From Vicinamibacteria bacterium (lineage in GTDB: Bacteria; Acidobacteriota; Vicinamibacteria; Marinacidobacterales; Marinacidobacteraceae): a stretch of 64,000 nt of DNA. Each line of letters opens with the position of its first letter. Positions within the stretch are counted from its first letter, which is position 1. Of this stretch, positions 10,376-20,282 are shown one piece after another. Location of the stretch: contig OY821641.1 of NCBI GenBank assembly GCA_963555995.3, forward strand, positions 672,001 through 736,000, given 5' to 3'. The position numbers and the translations under genes were made by a program. Below the pieces are notes generated by a model. The model made no database searches, was not told the origin of the DNA, and saw only the letters and a list, made by a program, of their open reading frames with translations.

Positions 10376-10835
10376 TGACCATGGCTCGGGGCGGAATGAC
10401 CAGAGCTTTTGACCATGGCTCGGACGCGGATGACCGGCGTTCCAAGCCGGCGGGGCCGGGGGAGCGGGTGGGGTTGCGCTGGGGTGGTAGCGGTGGGAGC
10501 TGGGGTGATAGCGACCGGAGCTGGGGTGATAGCGATGGGAGCTAGGGTGGTAACGGTGGGAGCTGGGGTGGGAAGGAGCGGAGTTCGGAGGGGACGGGTG
10601 GAGGGGGCGAATTGGGGGTGGATCGGGGGGTTTTTTGGCCTGGGGGGCCGAATTCGGCCGGAAATCGGGAGAAATGGGGGAGATCCGGTTCGGGGAGGGG
10701 GCGATTCGGGAATGGACCGGAGCTGGGGTGATAACGACCGGAGCTGGGGTGATAACGATGGGAGCTGGGGTGATAGCGATGGGAACTGGGGTGATAGCGA
10801 TGGGAGCTGGGGTGGTAGCGACCGGAGCCTTGACC
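10345..10835. repeat. Short G-rich ~20-bp tandem repeats (GACCGGAGCT / GGAGCTGGGGTGATAGCGA)
   Basis: Many imperfect copies; related tracts at 14750-15065, 19875-20015 and 35575-35625 (inverted). Confidence 0.85.
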
Positions 10836-10874
10836 CTTGCCCGGCGGGGGGGAGTTGCGGCGCGGGGGGGTGGG

Positions 10875-11281
10875 AGGAACCGGAAAACTCCGGGGATGAC
10901 GGCGGTCCGCGAATGGGCGCGCGGCGCCTCCATCCCGTAGGTCTCGGCGAAGCGACGCACCTCGCCGAGGTTGGGGAGGAAGGCGCGCTCGTCGAAGGCT
11001 CGCGCGGCGCGCGCCAGCAGCCGCGTCCGCGCGGGCGTCAGTTCCAGGCGGCCCACGGCGTCCGCCGCCGACGGCCGGCGGCGGGGACCGGCGGAGTCCG
11101 GGCGCCGGGTGCGGCGCGACGCACCGGCCGTCCGCGCGGTGCGTTCCGCGGCCGTTCGCCTTCGCGTCGCCTGGGGGCGGCCGTCCTCCGGCTCCAACTC
11201 CCGGAGGAGGCGGGACACCTTGCGGAAGCCGTGCTGCTCGACGAGGGATTTGAGCGCGGCGCGCAGTTCAGTCGTCTTCAT
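10875..11281 (-). pseudogene. 3'-truncated copy of the hypothetical gene at 38649-39194
   Basis: MKTTELRAALKSLVEQHGFRKVSRLL...IPGVFRFL matches the 38649 ORF, then runs into the repeat tract without the last ~45 aa. Confidence 0.8.
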
Positions 11282-11383
11282 CGGGCGACCATCCGTTCGC
11301 GGACTTCGTGTGTGCGCCAACGGTCCGCGTCGTCGAGTGACCTCTCGGGTGACTGCGGCACGGCGCCGACTCGTCAGGTTCGC

Positions 11384-12220
11384 CTACGGCAGGACCGGGA
11401 AACCCGTGTTCCGGTGTTCCCACGCGCGCATTTCGCGACAGAGGCCCGTGCCAAGGAGTTCATCCGGCGGTATGCCCGCCCGCAGGATTCCGGCGATCTG
11501 ATCCGTGCCGACGTTTCGAATCTCTCCGAGGACATTCTGTAGTCCGAAGCGCAGAATCCCGACCATGTCGTGGCCCTGCGCCACCCTCCACGGATCCGCG
11601 TCGTCCAGTTCGGCGAGGGCGCCCCGCAGCGGCGTTCTTCCATTCCTCCGGGCGACGGCGTCAAACTCCCCCAGCAAGCCCTCCTCGTCCACTTCCCAGG
11701 TATTCGGGTCCAGGAACTTCTGGAATCTGAGTCCACCCCCGGGGTCCAGTCCGAACTTCGCGACCGCCCAGCGCACGCGCCCGAACATGACCGCTCGGTC
11801 CAGCAGACCGGTTCGCACGTCACTGCCGGTGCGTTCCTCGAACTCGTGGATCTTCGTCAGCGAGCCGAACTCCGCCAACACTCGATTCAGCGCGCTCGAC
11901 CGACACAGCAGGCATTCCAGATCATGGGCGTCCGTCGGTACCACATTGCGCGACCCGTAGGTGATTCCCAACAGCGCGTCATGATCTTCGTCCACGACAC
12001 CGAGAGCGCCGGCGAAACTCATCCCGTCGAGCTGTTGCATGCCCGCTACCAACCTCCGCTTACCTCTTCCATCGATCAGTTCGCACGTCTTGTGACACCG
12101 ATCCGTCCAGAATCGGAAGTCATCCGCCCCTTCCACAACCAGTAGCGCCCCGCTGTGCGCCATCCTGCTCATCAGGATTTCGGCAGCCAACCCCTCGGGC
12201 TCCTCGGACTGACTCAGCAC
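11384..12220 (-). CDS. DUF4435 TOPRIM-fold nuclease (PARIS AriB-like)
   Basis: VVEGADD, GVVDEDHD and TDAHDLE acidic motifs; abuts the ATPase stop codon. Confidence 0.8.
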   Translation of the reverse strand: MLSQSEEPEGLAAEILMSRMAHSGALLVVEGADDFRFWTDRCHKTCELIDGRGKRRLVAGMQQLDGMSFAGALGVVDEDHDALLGITYGSRNVVPTDAHDLECLLCRSSALNRVLAEFGSLTKIHEFEERTGSDVRTGLLDRAVMFGRVRWAVAKFGLDPGGGLRFQKFLDPNTWEVDEEGLLGEFDAVARRNGRTPLRGALAELDDADPWRVAQGHDMVGILRFGLQNVLGEIRNVGTDQIAGILRAGIPPDELLGTGLCREMRAWEHRNTGFPVLP

Positions 12221-13546
12221 CTAGGCATCCTCCCCCAAGCCGACCATCAGGTCCGTCCGATCTCCGACGATGAACGGCGAGTGGGTAGCGATCAGGGCAT
12301 CGAAATTCGAAAGGCGGAGAATCTGTAGCAAATCCGGAAGGAACCGCTTTTGCCACTTGAGGTGAAGCGACAACTCGGGCTCGTCAATGAGGACGATGGT
12401 GTTGCCGGGCACCCGGAAGAGCAGGTCGTAGTGGAGCACCAGCTCGTGCTGCTCGCCGGACGACAGTGCGTCCAGAGCCAGCGTGTTTCCGAGCGTACTC
12501 TGCGCGACGAGTCCTTCCTTGCGATCCACCTTGATTCCCTTGTGCCGGTACTTCTGGTTCAGGATCTCCAGAAGCAACGTGGTTCTTTTCGACAACTCGT
12601 CCAGCACGTTCAGCTTGCTCTCGGTGTCCTGTACGTAGAGCGTCATGACGAGTTTTTGCGTTTCGCCCATGCTCTGCAGGTTCTCCACGGATGGATCCGT
12701 TGGGGTGTCCTCCAGAATCCCCACCTCCTTGAGCGAAGTCATCCTGCGTTCGAGTGCAGCCATCCTCTGCTCGAGATCCGGCTCGGCAACCTCCGCCGAG
12801 ACGAGCCGCTGCGGGAACGACTGATCGAGGCGCTGTGACTCGCGTCCATATTCCGCCATCGTTTCGCTGAGGCGGCGCTGAAACCGTTTGCCGCACTCGA
12901 TCACGGCCGAACTGCCGGCTGGTTGCCGCGTCCGCCGGAACAGTGCCCAGGACTCCGGTTGCTTGATAAACCGGACCAGACGTTGCGCCTCAATCAGGTG
13001 CACGTTGACTTTTTTCTGAAAATCACCGTACCAGGGAACGTCGGACTCGGAATGCCCGTTGGCCCGGGCGCCATTGCCAAAACGCTCGAGGATCTCCTCA
13101 CCGTCGAGTACCTCACCGTCCCGAACGTCAATCCACGTGTTCGGTCGTTCTTCGTGAGGCTTCAGGTATTCCACACCGGACGCGATTCCGGATGCACTCA
13201 ACGAAGTCAGGTCGGTGTGGACCTGCTGGGGTTCTGCGCCGCGCGACGACAGGGACAGTGTGTACGGAAGACCATCGGCGGTGTCGTCTCCGCGAAATTC
13301 GACCGTAAGCGTGCTCCCTCCCTTGAAGGAAAGCGCGAATCGGGAGAACGGAATGTTGCGGAGGAATTCAGGCCGCCCTTGCAGCAGCGCGCTCACCATC
13401 CGCAGGACCATCGTCTTGCCGACGCCATTCTGGCCGTGCAGCAGCGTGATCCGATCTCCGAGGTTCAGCGGTATCCGGTGATCGTAGATTCCGAACAGTC
13501 CGTCAACCTCAATGCACTCCAGACGGATGAAAGTTGCATCGGACAT
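12221..13546 (-). CDS. ABC-type/AAA_21 ATPase (PARIS AriA-like)
   Basis: Walker A GQNGVGKT, signature LSSGEQH, Walker B LIDEPELSLH, ATHSP; RBS GGGAG before ATG at 13546. Confidence 0.9.
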   Translation of the reverse strand: MSDATFIRLECIEVDGLFGIYDHRIPLNLGDRITLLHGQNGVGKTMVLRMVSALLQGRPEFLRNIPFSRFALSFKGGSTLTVEFRGDDTADGLPYTLSLSSRGAEPQQVHTDLTSLSASGIASGVEYLKPHEERPNTWIDVRDGEVLDGEEILERFGNGARANGHSESDVPWYGDFQKKVNVHLIEAQRLVRFIKQPESWALFRRTRQPAGSSAVIECGKRFQRRLSETMAEYGRESQRLDQSFPQRLVSAEVAEPDLEQRMAALERRMTSLKEVGILEDTPTDPSVENLQSMGETQKLVMTLYVQDTESKLNVLDELSKRTTLLLEILNQKYRHKGIKVDRKEGLVAQSTLGNTLALDALSSGEQHELVLHYDLLFRVPGNTIVLIDEPELSLHLKWQKRFLPDLLQILRLSNFDALIATHSPFIVGDRTDLMVGLGEDA

Positions 13547-13893
13547 GGTGTCTCCCTGCGGCATGCAAGCCGCTGGATCAGGTGCCGATCGGGGCGGGTG
13601 GCTTCCGGCGAACGTCCCGGGAGAGACGGGGCCGCCCCTCCGCGCGTCGGACAAGGTGGGCTACCGGAGTCAGAATCTCTTGTCTCCGACCCGAAGTCAT
13701 TGTATCGCCGGGGATTCGGCGCTCCGGCGCACCCCGCCGGGCATGAGAACGGCGCTCCTGGCCGGGGTGGGGATGGACCGGAGCCTTGACCCACGGCCCG
13801 CCCGGCAGCGCGTACGGCTTGGAACGCCGCGGTGCCGTCCCGGCCTTGAGGGCCCGCCTGCCCGCCGCGCGGGTTCGCGCCGGTCGGCACGCC

Positions 13894-14085
13894 TCAGTTC
13901 GGGTCGGGCGGTTCCTTCGCCCACTTCTCGGCAAGGCGCTCGAAGTTGACGTAGGCGGTTGGCCGGGCGGCGGTCCGGCGACGCTCGGTGACGTACGCAT
14001 CCGCCTTTTCCCAGGCATCCACGTAGTTGGAGCGGCTCCAGTCCTGGTAGATGTCCTCACTCATGACGCCGCGCTTGATGGCGAC
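13894..14085 (-). pseudogene. C-terminal remnant of a DUF4760-like protein
   Basis: VAIKRGVMSEDIYQDWSRSNYVDAWEKADAYV...PTAYVNFERLAEKW resembles the DUF4760 C-terminus; N-terminal half absent. Confidence 0.55.
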
Positions 14086-14137
14086 CGGACCGGCCGCCGG
14101 CGCCAGGAACTCGGACCGGAGAGCGGTCACGGCAGGA

Positions 14138-14317
14138 GTTCTACCAGCCGATGTCGGAATCGAGAACTACTTCTTTTTTGCTATGCAGATTCACGTCGGG
14201 AGTCTCCGAATCGGGAGTCCAAGGGGCGAACACGACTCTGATTGTAGGTTCATCCGCTTGGCGGGCAGGCTGGCGGTCGTGATGGCGCTCCTGCTGAAAC
14301 TCGTGTTCTTTCCCTGA
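14138..14317 (+). repeat. Degenerate inverted copies of two pieces of the 40300-40515 region
   Basis: ctaccagccgatgtcggaatcgag...ctccgaatcgg is the reverse complement of 40301-40372; 14277-14317 encodes VMALLLKLVFFP*, identical to the C-terminus of the 40473 gene. Confidence 0.75.
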
Positions 14318-14467
14318 GCGGGCAGCGCTCCGCCCGGCGTTCGCGGGCTTGGCCCCGTCCGGGTGGATGAGGTTCGTGCCGCCGCCCGCCTGCGGCGGGC
14401 TGTGCCGGCTGAAGCCGGCGTTCCGGGCCGGGGGCGTCACTGGGGGAGTGACGGGAGCGGGGGTGGG

Positions 14468-15065
14468 GATTGACCATGGCCCGGGTTCGGAGCGCCGGCC
14501 TCCGGCCGGCATCGTGGCCGCAGGCCGCGAAACGCGCGCCGCGGCCGATCCCCATGGCGTGGTCCTGGGAGCGCCGGTCTTCAGACCGGCACGCGCTGCG
14601 CCGCGGCGCAGCGCACGGCGCGACGCTGACCTGCGGGGTGGCGATCTTCTTTCGGATCATCACGGCGAACGGCAGCACGACATCCGCGGGCCTTCGGCCT
14701 GCGGTGCCGGTCTGAAGACCGGCGGTCCCGGCTGTCGGCGCGGCGCTCCGAGGGGGAATGACCGGAGCTTCGACCGGAGCTCGGTGGTGGATTGACCGGA
14801 GCTGGGGTGGGATTGACCGGAGCTCGGTGGGGGGGCGGGTGGAGGGGGTGGATCCGGGGGGATCGGGGGGTTTTTGGGGCTGGGAGGCCGAATTCGGCCG
14901 GGGATCGGGGGGAACGGGGGGGATCGGGCCGGGGAGGGTGGGATTCGGGAATTGACCGGAGCTTTCGGGGTTTTGGGGCGAATTGACCGGAGCTCGGGGC
15001 GAATTGACCGGAGCTTTGACCATTGCTCGGGGCGGAATGACCAGAGCTTTGACCATTGCTCGGGG
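14468..15065. repeat. Single REPIN unit plus GGATTGACCGGAGCT tract, direct repeat of ~10050-10835
   Basis: Same 300-bp unit as the array, followed by the same short repeats and the ggccgaattcggcc palindrome. Confidence 0.9.
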
Positions 15066-15331
15066 TGGGGGCGTTGCGGCGGGAGGGGGATACGGAAAAG
15101 GCCGGGGCGGCGGATGCCGTCCCGGCCTTGGGGGCCGCCTGCCCGCCGGGGCGGGATCAGTCGCCCGCTGTAACGAGCTGGTCGCGGGGGAGGTCGCGCT
15201 TGTTCACCAGAATCGTCGTCACCGCCCGCTCCGAGACCTCGAACTGCCCGGCGGCCCGTCCGCGGGCGGGCTCGGACACGTCACCACCGAGGAAATCGGA
15301 AAGCGCCAGGTTCCGCGTACCCGGCGACTGA

Positions 15332-17446
15332 TCATCCCGTGGCGAAAGCCTTCCCGGGGGAGGTCTGCCGATCCTTCCTGCCCGATCCGAGGCTCCGGCC
15401 GGTGGCGGTTCGGGCGTCTTGTCCAGCCCGTTCGGCTTCACCGGCCGCGATGATCCCGAGGCCGTTGCGCACCGCGTCAAGGTGCTGGGCGAGAGCCTGG
15501 TGGAACTCTCCGTTTGGATCCGCTGCGACGGCAGGGTCAGCGAATCTCGCCTGCAGGACTTCGATAGCTCTCCCGATCACCTCGAGGTTCTCGGGCGTAG
15601 CCCCCGGCAGAGCGAGCCGGCCGCCGCCGTCGGCATATCCGGAGGCGATGAGGCGAACGTCGCGGAAAACGGCTTCGTCCTGGCTCGTGAGTCCGGGACT
15701 CGGTTCGTGGCGCTTCGGGAATCCCGGGAGTTCTCCGGCGTCCGGCCGGATCAGCGCGATCAGCGCGGCGACGAAACCCCCGATCTGCGCGGCCGAACCG
15801 CGCTGGACCATGGCCCGGAGCGCGCGGCCGAGGGTCGTGTTGCACTCGGGATTCCGGCGCACCCAGGCGATGGCGCGTTCCAGATCCGGCGGCGCGGACG
15901 GCGCGCCTTCGCGGCCGTTCGCGGGCAAGGGAGCGGATTCCGTCTGATCCGCGACGGCGCTCGGCCGGCCGGACCGATCCCGTTTCCTCGCCGCCGGGTC
16001 GCGGGACTCGGTCTCCGGCTCGGCTGGCGGAGACGCCAGTGACGTTTCCAGATCGGCTGGCCGGTGTCTCGGAAGCGTCGGCCGGCGTTTCAGGAGCAGG
16101 CTCTGGCCGCTGGACGTCCGGTGCCATTGCCATGCGAAGGCGCCGTCCGACGTGAAGGCCGGCTCGTCGTCCGCCTCCACGCGGCCGAGGCCGAGCACGA
16201 AGTGGTTCCCCGCCTCGTCCTGCCCGAGGGCGTCCGCGTCCGCCGTCGGTGCGGACCAGTGATCGAGGTCGGGGTAGCGGGGTCCCTCGGGCCTCTCGCC
16301 GAGTGCGATCCGCGCCAGTCGGTTCGCCTCGGACCGGAACAGATGTTCGTCCAGCACCGCGCCCGGCGGGTCCTGATCCACCACGACACCCAGGAGCGCT
16401 CCCGCCATCGTGGCAATGGTGTCGGTGTCCGTTCCCAGGCAGTTCGCGGCGATTCGGAGCGCCTCGGACGGTTCCTCTTCACACCACAGGAGAGCCACCG
16501 CAGCCACCGCCGTCAGTACGCCCGAACCCCGGCGGCTGCGGTCCCGGAGTCCCAACTCCGCCACGATCGCCTCGTAGCGTTCCGCACCGGTGGACCCGTT
16601 CCCCGCTGCCCAGGCGGCCTGGACGGCCCGCCGGATTTGCCGGACTTCACGCGACCAGGCCTCGTCCAGCGACCCGGCCTGCTGTTCGAACACCATCCGC
16701 CAGACAGCGACCCCGGTGGCGTCCTCCTCTACCAGTCTCGGCACCGATCCGGCGCACTCCACGGCATCGAGCAGATCGTCGCGGCTCGGGATCTGCCCGG
16801 TGGCAAGCGCCCGCGCGAGCGCCAGTCCGTGCAGCACCGCTCCCAGAATGCCGCCGGGATGGGAGTGGGAGCAGACGGCGTCCCGAACCAGGTCAAGGAG
16901 AAAGGAACCCGGCTCCTCCGGCCGTCGCGCCGCCCAGACGTGCGGCTGGATCCGCATCGCCGCGCCGTTGCCACCGGCGTCCAGCCATCCCTTGTACGAG
17001 TTCGCGTTCCAGGCGACGCGGCGCCGCGCCAGGTTCCGCGCGGCGGCGGTCGTCGCCCTGCCTCCGCCCAGCGCGTAGCTGCGCCAGACCGGCAACTCGA
17101 CCTTGGCGAACGCCTCCACGTCGAAGCCGTCCGGGCGGATGGCCCGCCCGGTGGCGAGGCGCAACTGGGAGTCGTCCGAATAGGTTCCCGCCGGCAACTG
17201 GACTTCGACCCCGAATCGCCCCCCGACCCTCCGCTTCCAGGCGACTGGGGTTCGGAGCCGCGTTCCGCCCGTCCGGCGGCGGAGTCCCGCCTCGTCCGTG
17301 AGTTCGCTGATCCAGCCCAAGGCGTCGCCGTGGGCCGCCCAGAGCGCCGAGCGCGTCGTCATGCCGACCCGATCGTTCCGGAACGACGCCGACTCGCTCG
17401 CGCCCGCCGCCAGCCGTTCGTTGCGTCGGTCAAACAGGGTGGTCAT
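15332..17446 (-). CDS. ADP-ribosylglycohydrolase (ARH/DraG family) with a ~300-aa C-terminal extension
   Basis: GDALG..SE, YSDDSQL, GNGAAMR, SHSHP and GTDTDTIATMAGAL motifs; start overlaps the darT stop (ATGA). Confidence 0.9.
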   Translation of the reverse strand: MTTLFDRRNERLAAGASESASFRNDRVGMTTRSALWAAHGDALGWISELTDEAGLRRRTGGTRLRTPVAWKRRVGGRFGVEVQLPAGTYSDDSQLRLATGRAIRPDGFDVEAFAKVELPVWRSYALGGGRATTAAARNLARRRVAWNANSYKGWLDAGGNGAAMRIQPHVWAARRPEEPGSFLLDLVRDAVCSHSHPGGILGAVLHGLALARALATGQIPSRDDLLDAVECAGSVPRLVEEDATGVAVWRMVFEQQAGSLDEAWSREVRQIRRAVQAAWAAGNGSTGAERYEAIVAELGLRDRSRRGSGVLTAVAAVALLWCEEEPSEALRIAANCLGTDTDTIATMAGALLGVVVDQDPPGAVLDEHLFRSEANRLARIALGERPEGPRYPDLDHWSAPTADADALGQDEAGNHFVLGLGRVEADDEPAFTSDGAFAWQWHRTSSGQSLLLKRRPTLPRHRPADLETSLASPPAEPETESRDPAARKRDRSGRPSAVADQTESAPLPANGREGAPSAPPDLERAIAWVRRNPECNTTLGRALRAMVQRGSAAQIGGFVAALIALIRPDAGELPGFPKRHEPSPGLTSQDEAVFRDVRLIASGYADGGGRLALPGATPENLEVIGRAIEVLQARFADPAVAADPNGEFHQALAQHLDAVRNGLGIIAAGEAERAGQDARTATGRSLGSGRKDRQTSPGKAFATG

Positions 17447-18126
17447 GAGAACACCTCTGGAGCGCAGTGTACGGGGTACTTCACGTCCAGGGGATCAAGC
17501 ATGGCTTCTACGAACACTGCGTCGTCCTCAGTGCGAACCGCGATCGATTGCAAATGTTCGCAGGAAAGTTCACCCGGATACAACACCTCCGCCTGGCGGT
17601 CCGTTGTCCGGTTCGGAGGCAGCCCGGCGCGGGTGTGTTCGCGGTCGTACCGCCCGATCACCCTCTCCGCGAACATCGCCTCGAACCCTGCCGGTCCCTC
17701 CGCCCGCCGGCATCGGGGGTAGATGTTGTTCGTCGTCGCGAAGACCACCCCCGGGTGCCCCAAAATCGCCGGATCGAACCCCAGCACGGCCCAGAACGTG
17801 TCTTCGAAGGAATGCCACGCTTCGGAGGACCCGAACATCCACGCGTTGATCCTCTCGACGGAAAGGCTCACGTAGTCGAGCCAAGCGGGATCCTTCCGAA
17901 TCGGGGTGTTGGGCCGGTACACGTGTTCCAGGTATTTGTCGTCAGCGAGACGTTTTCGGCTCTTCAGCGCCTTGCCTGCGACGACCCCCAGGACGCCGCG
18001 GCTGGTCGTGAAATGGAGGATCTGCTCCACGCCTCGAATCCGGGCGGCCTCAACGACCTCCGGCTGGTAAGGCAGCCGCGCGACTTCCTCCGCACTCCGC
18101 GGGCGCGCCGATATCGCTTGGTTCAT
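17443..18126 (-). CDS. darT: DarT-family (DUF4433) DNA ADP-ribosyltransferase
   Basis: ILHFTT, LKSR, YVSLS, FATTN and QAEVL (catalytic Glu) motifs; 227 aa. Confidence 0.85.
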   Translation of the reverse strand: MNQAISARPRSAEEVARLPYQPEVVEAARIRGVEQILHFTTSRGVLGVVAGKALKSRKRLADDKYLEHVYRPNTPIRKDPAWLDYVSLSVERINAWMFGSSEAWHSFEDTFWAVLGFDPAILGHPGVVFATTNNIYPRCRRAEGPAGFEAMFAERVIGRYDREHTRAGLPPNRTTDRQAEVLYPGELSCEHLQSIAVRTEDDAVFVEAMLDPLDVKYPVHCAPEVFS

Positions 18127-18133
18127 GTTGGCG

Positions 18134-19546
18134 TCACGCCTCCCGGACGTCGTACGTGGCCGGATCGAGGAATCTCAGGACAGCGGACTCGCTACCGGGT
18201 TTGGTCCCGAGCATGACGGACTTGCGGGCGCGGGTGATTCCCATGGCCAGCAGGCGGCACAGCGACTCGAGCGCGCCATCGCCGCTCTCGGTCCCGTGCG
18301 GCGTGACTTCCGCATTGAGACCCGGGATCAGGACATGGTCGAACTCCAGGCCCTTCACGGAGTGGATCGTGGAGAGCGCTACCTGTTCCGGGCCGGCCGG
18401 CCACTCGGACTGGCGGGTGAGTTCACACCAGGCGATTCCCCGCTGCTCCAGTTGGTCCCGTGCGAACTTGAACCACCTCCCGCCTCTCGGATGGAGGAGG
18501 GCGACGGAGTCTCCCTCATTCAGAAACGGACGGACTTCGGAGAGCATCTCGGAGAACTGCCACGAGTACAGGCCCCGCATCAGCAGGGGGCGGGGTCCGG
18601 TCCGCTCGCACGCCTCCGGGTCCGGGACGACGCCATCGGGATCCGGCGGAAGGTCCCGAACAAGAGGCGCCGCGAACCGGGCGATCTCGCGGGTATTGCG
18701 ATGGCTGCTGGAGAGCGTGGTCACCTGCTCGGGTCGCATTTCGATTCCGACCTCCAGCCACGGGAACGCGTGCGGATAAAGAGTCTGCACCCGATCCATG
18801 ACGAAAGTCGTCGCGTGATCGGGCCGCAGGGAGGCCGTGATCGCCCGCATCTGGTTCGCGCAGAAGTCCTGGCACTCGTCCGCGATGACGACGTCGTAGG
18901 TGGGCCGAACGGCGGCTGTGGCGCGAACCGCGACATCCTCCCAGTCCAGCCAACCGATCTCTCGTTTCTTGGCTTCGTAGGGAGCGATCACCTCTGTCAA
19001 GAGCCGCTCGCGACGGACGCGGGGAACGGCGGGCGTGCGGCCGCGGCCGGTGCGCTCCGCCTTCAGATAGTCCTCCCGCCGGTCAGGGTGGAATCGTCCC
19101 AGCACATACGCGACCTCGTCGCGAAAGTAGCGAAGGTCGGAGTCACCTGACGCGAGTCCGGACACCCGCAACAACCGATTCAGGAGATCGCTCCGGTCTG
19201 GGTCGGGGAGGACGTCGGGTTGGCCAAGCAGGCCCCGAGCCCAGGAGGCGAACGTGTCGACCTCGAGTTCGAGACCGGGATCTGGCGAAACCCTGCTCTT
19301 GGCAAGCTCCTGCACATAGCCGCGCAGGGTTCGATTGAACGTGAGTACGAGCACTCGGATGACCCCGCCCGTCCCGAGTCGCGCGCGGCGGGCCTGGCGC
19401 GCGGCGCACAACTGGTGGAGGCGCAGAACGGCCGCCGTCGTCTTCCCGCTGCCCGCCGCGCCGCGGATCAGGCGAAATCCGGCATCGCGATCCAGCAGGA
19501 GTTTGAGTTGTTCCCGCGTGGGTCGGCGGTTGGGCAGGACTCTCAC
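18134..19546 (-). CDS. Compact UvrD/Rep-like SF1 helicase
   Basis: GAAGSGKT, LTFNRTL, DECQD, SSHRN, STIHSVKGLEFD, GITRAR motifs. Confidence 0.9.
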   Translation of the reverse strand: MRVLPNRRPTREQLKLLLDRDAGFRLIRGAAGSGKTTAAVLRLHQLCAARQARRARLGTGGVIRVLVLTFNRTLRGYVQELAKSRVSPDPGLELEVDTFASWARGLLGQPDVLPDPDRSDLLNRLLRVSGLASGDSDLRYFRDEVAYVLGRFHPDRREDYLKAERTGRGRTPAVPRVRRERLLTEVIAPYEAKKREIGWLDWEDVAVRATAAVRPTYDVVIADECQDFCANQMRAITASLRPDHATTFVMDRVQTLYPHAFPWLEVGIEMRPEQVTTLSSSHRNTREIARFAAPLVRDLPPDPDGVVPDPEACERTGPRPLLMRGLYSWQFSEMLSEVRPFLNEGDSVALLHPRGGRWFKFARDQLEQRGIAWCELTRQSEWPAGPEQVALSTIHSVKGLEFDHVLIPGLNAEVTPHGTESGDGALESLCRLLAMGITRARKSVMLGTKPGSESAVLRFLDPATYDVREA

Positions 19547-19649
19547 AGCGACGGGGCGCGAACAGCGCGGGGGAGCCTAGCCCGCATCAAAACCTGAAGC
19601 GGCGGTGTGGCGGGTGGCATCCCGCACGGGTGTACTTCTGCCGGGCTGA

Positions 19650-20105
19650 GAATGACCGGGGCTCGGGTGGTTGACCATTGCTCTGGCTTGGAACGCCGGT
19701 CTCCAGACCGGCACGCGCAGCGCCGCGGCGCAGCGCACGGCGCGACGCTGACCTGCGGGGTGTCGTTCTTCTTTCGGTTCATCACGGCGAACAGCGGCAC
19801 GACATCCGCGGGCCTTCGGCCCGCGGTGCCGGTCTGAAGACCGGCGCTCCCGGCTGTCGGCGCGGCGCTCCGAGGGGGAATGACCGGAGCTTTGACCGGA
19901 GCTCGGTGGTGGATTGACCGGAGCTGGGGTGGGATTGACCGGAGCTCGGGCCGAAATGACCATGGCTCGGGGCGGATTGACCGGAGCTCTTGACCATGGC
20001 TCGGACGCGGATGACCGGCGGCCCCTGACCGGCGGCCCGCGCGGCGGCGCGTGCGGCTTGGAACGCCGGTCTCCAGACCGGCACCGCGGTGCTCCGCACC
20101 GCGCA
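19650..20105. repeat. REPIN unit plus GGATTGACCGGAGCT tract and a single REP
   Basis: Same orientation and sequence family as 14468-15065. Confidence 0.88.
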
Positions 20106-20282
20106 CGGCGTAACGCTGGCCTGCGTGATGGCGCTCTTCTCGCGGGGCAGTGCATGTTGTCAAGCGACACCTAGTTTGGCCCAGATAAACGACACCTACT
20201 TTGTCACCCTGGAGAGCCTGTTTCGGCGGGGAAGGAGGGACGTTGGGGAGCGCGGCGGGAGCCCGGAGGGCGACCAGAGCGC

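Noticed and set aside
7130-10545. Long Arg/Ala/Gly-rich ORFs across the array, and similar ORFs over other REPINs
   Set aside because: By-products of GC-rich palindromic repeats; frames break between units and there are no protein motifs or RBSs
10440-10835. Mini-CRISPR or a TPAPIAI-repeat protein
   Set aside because: Degenerate ~20-bp tandem repeats with no spacers; the peptide appears only as run-on of a truncated gene
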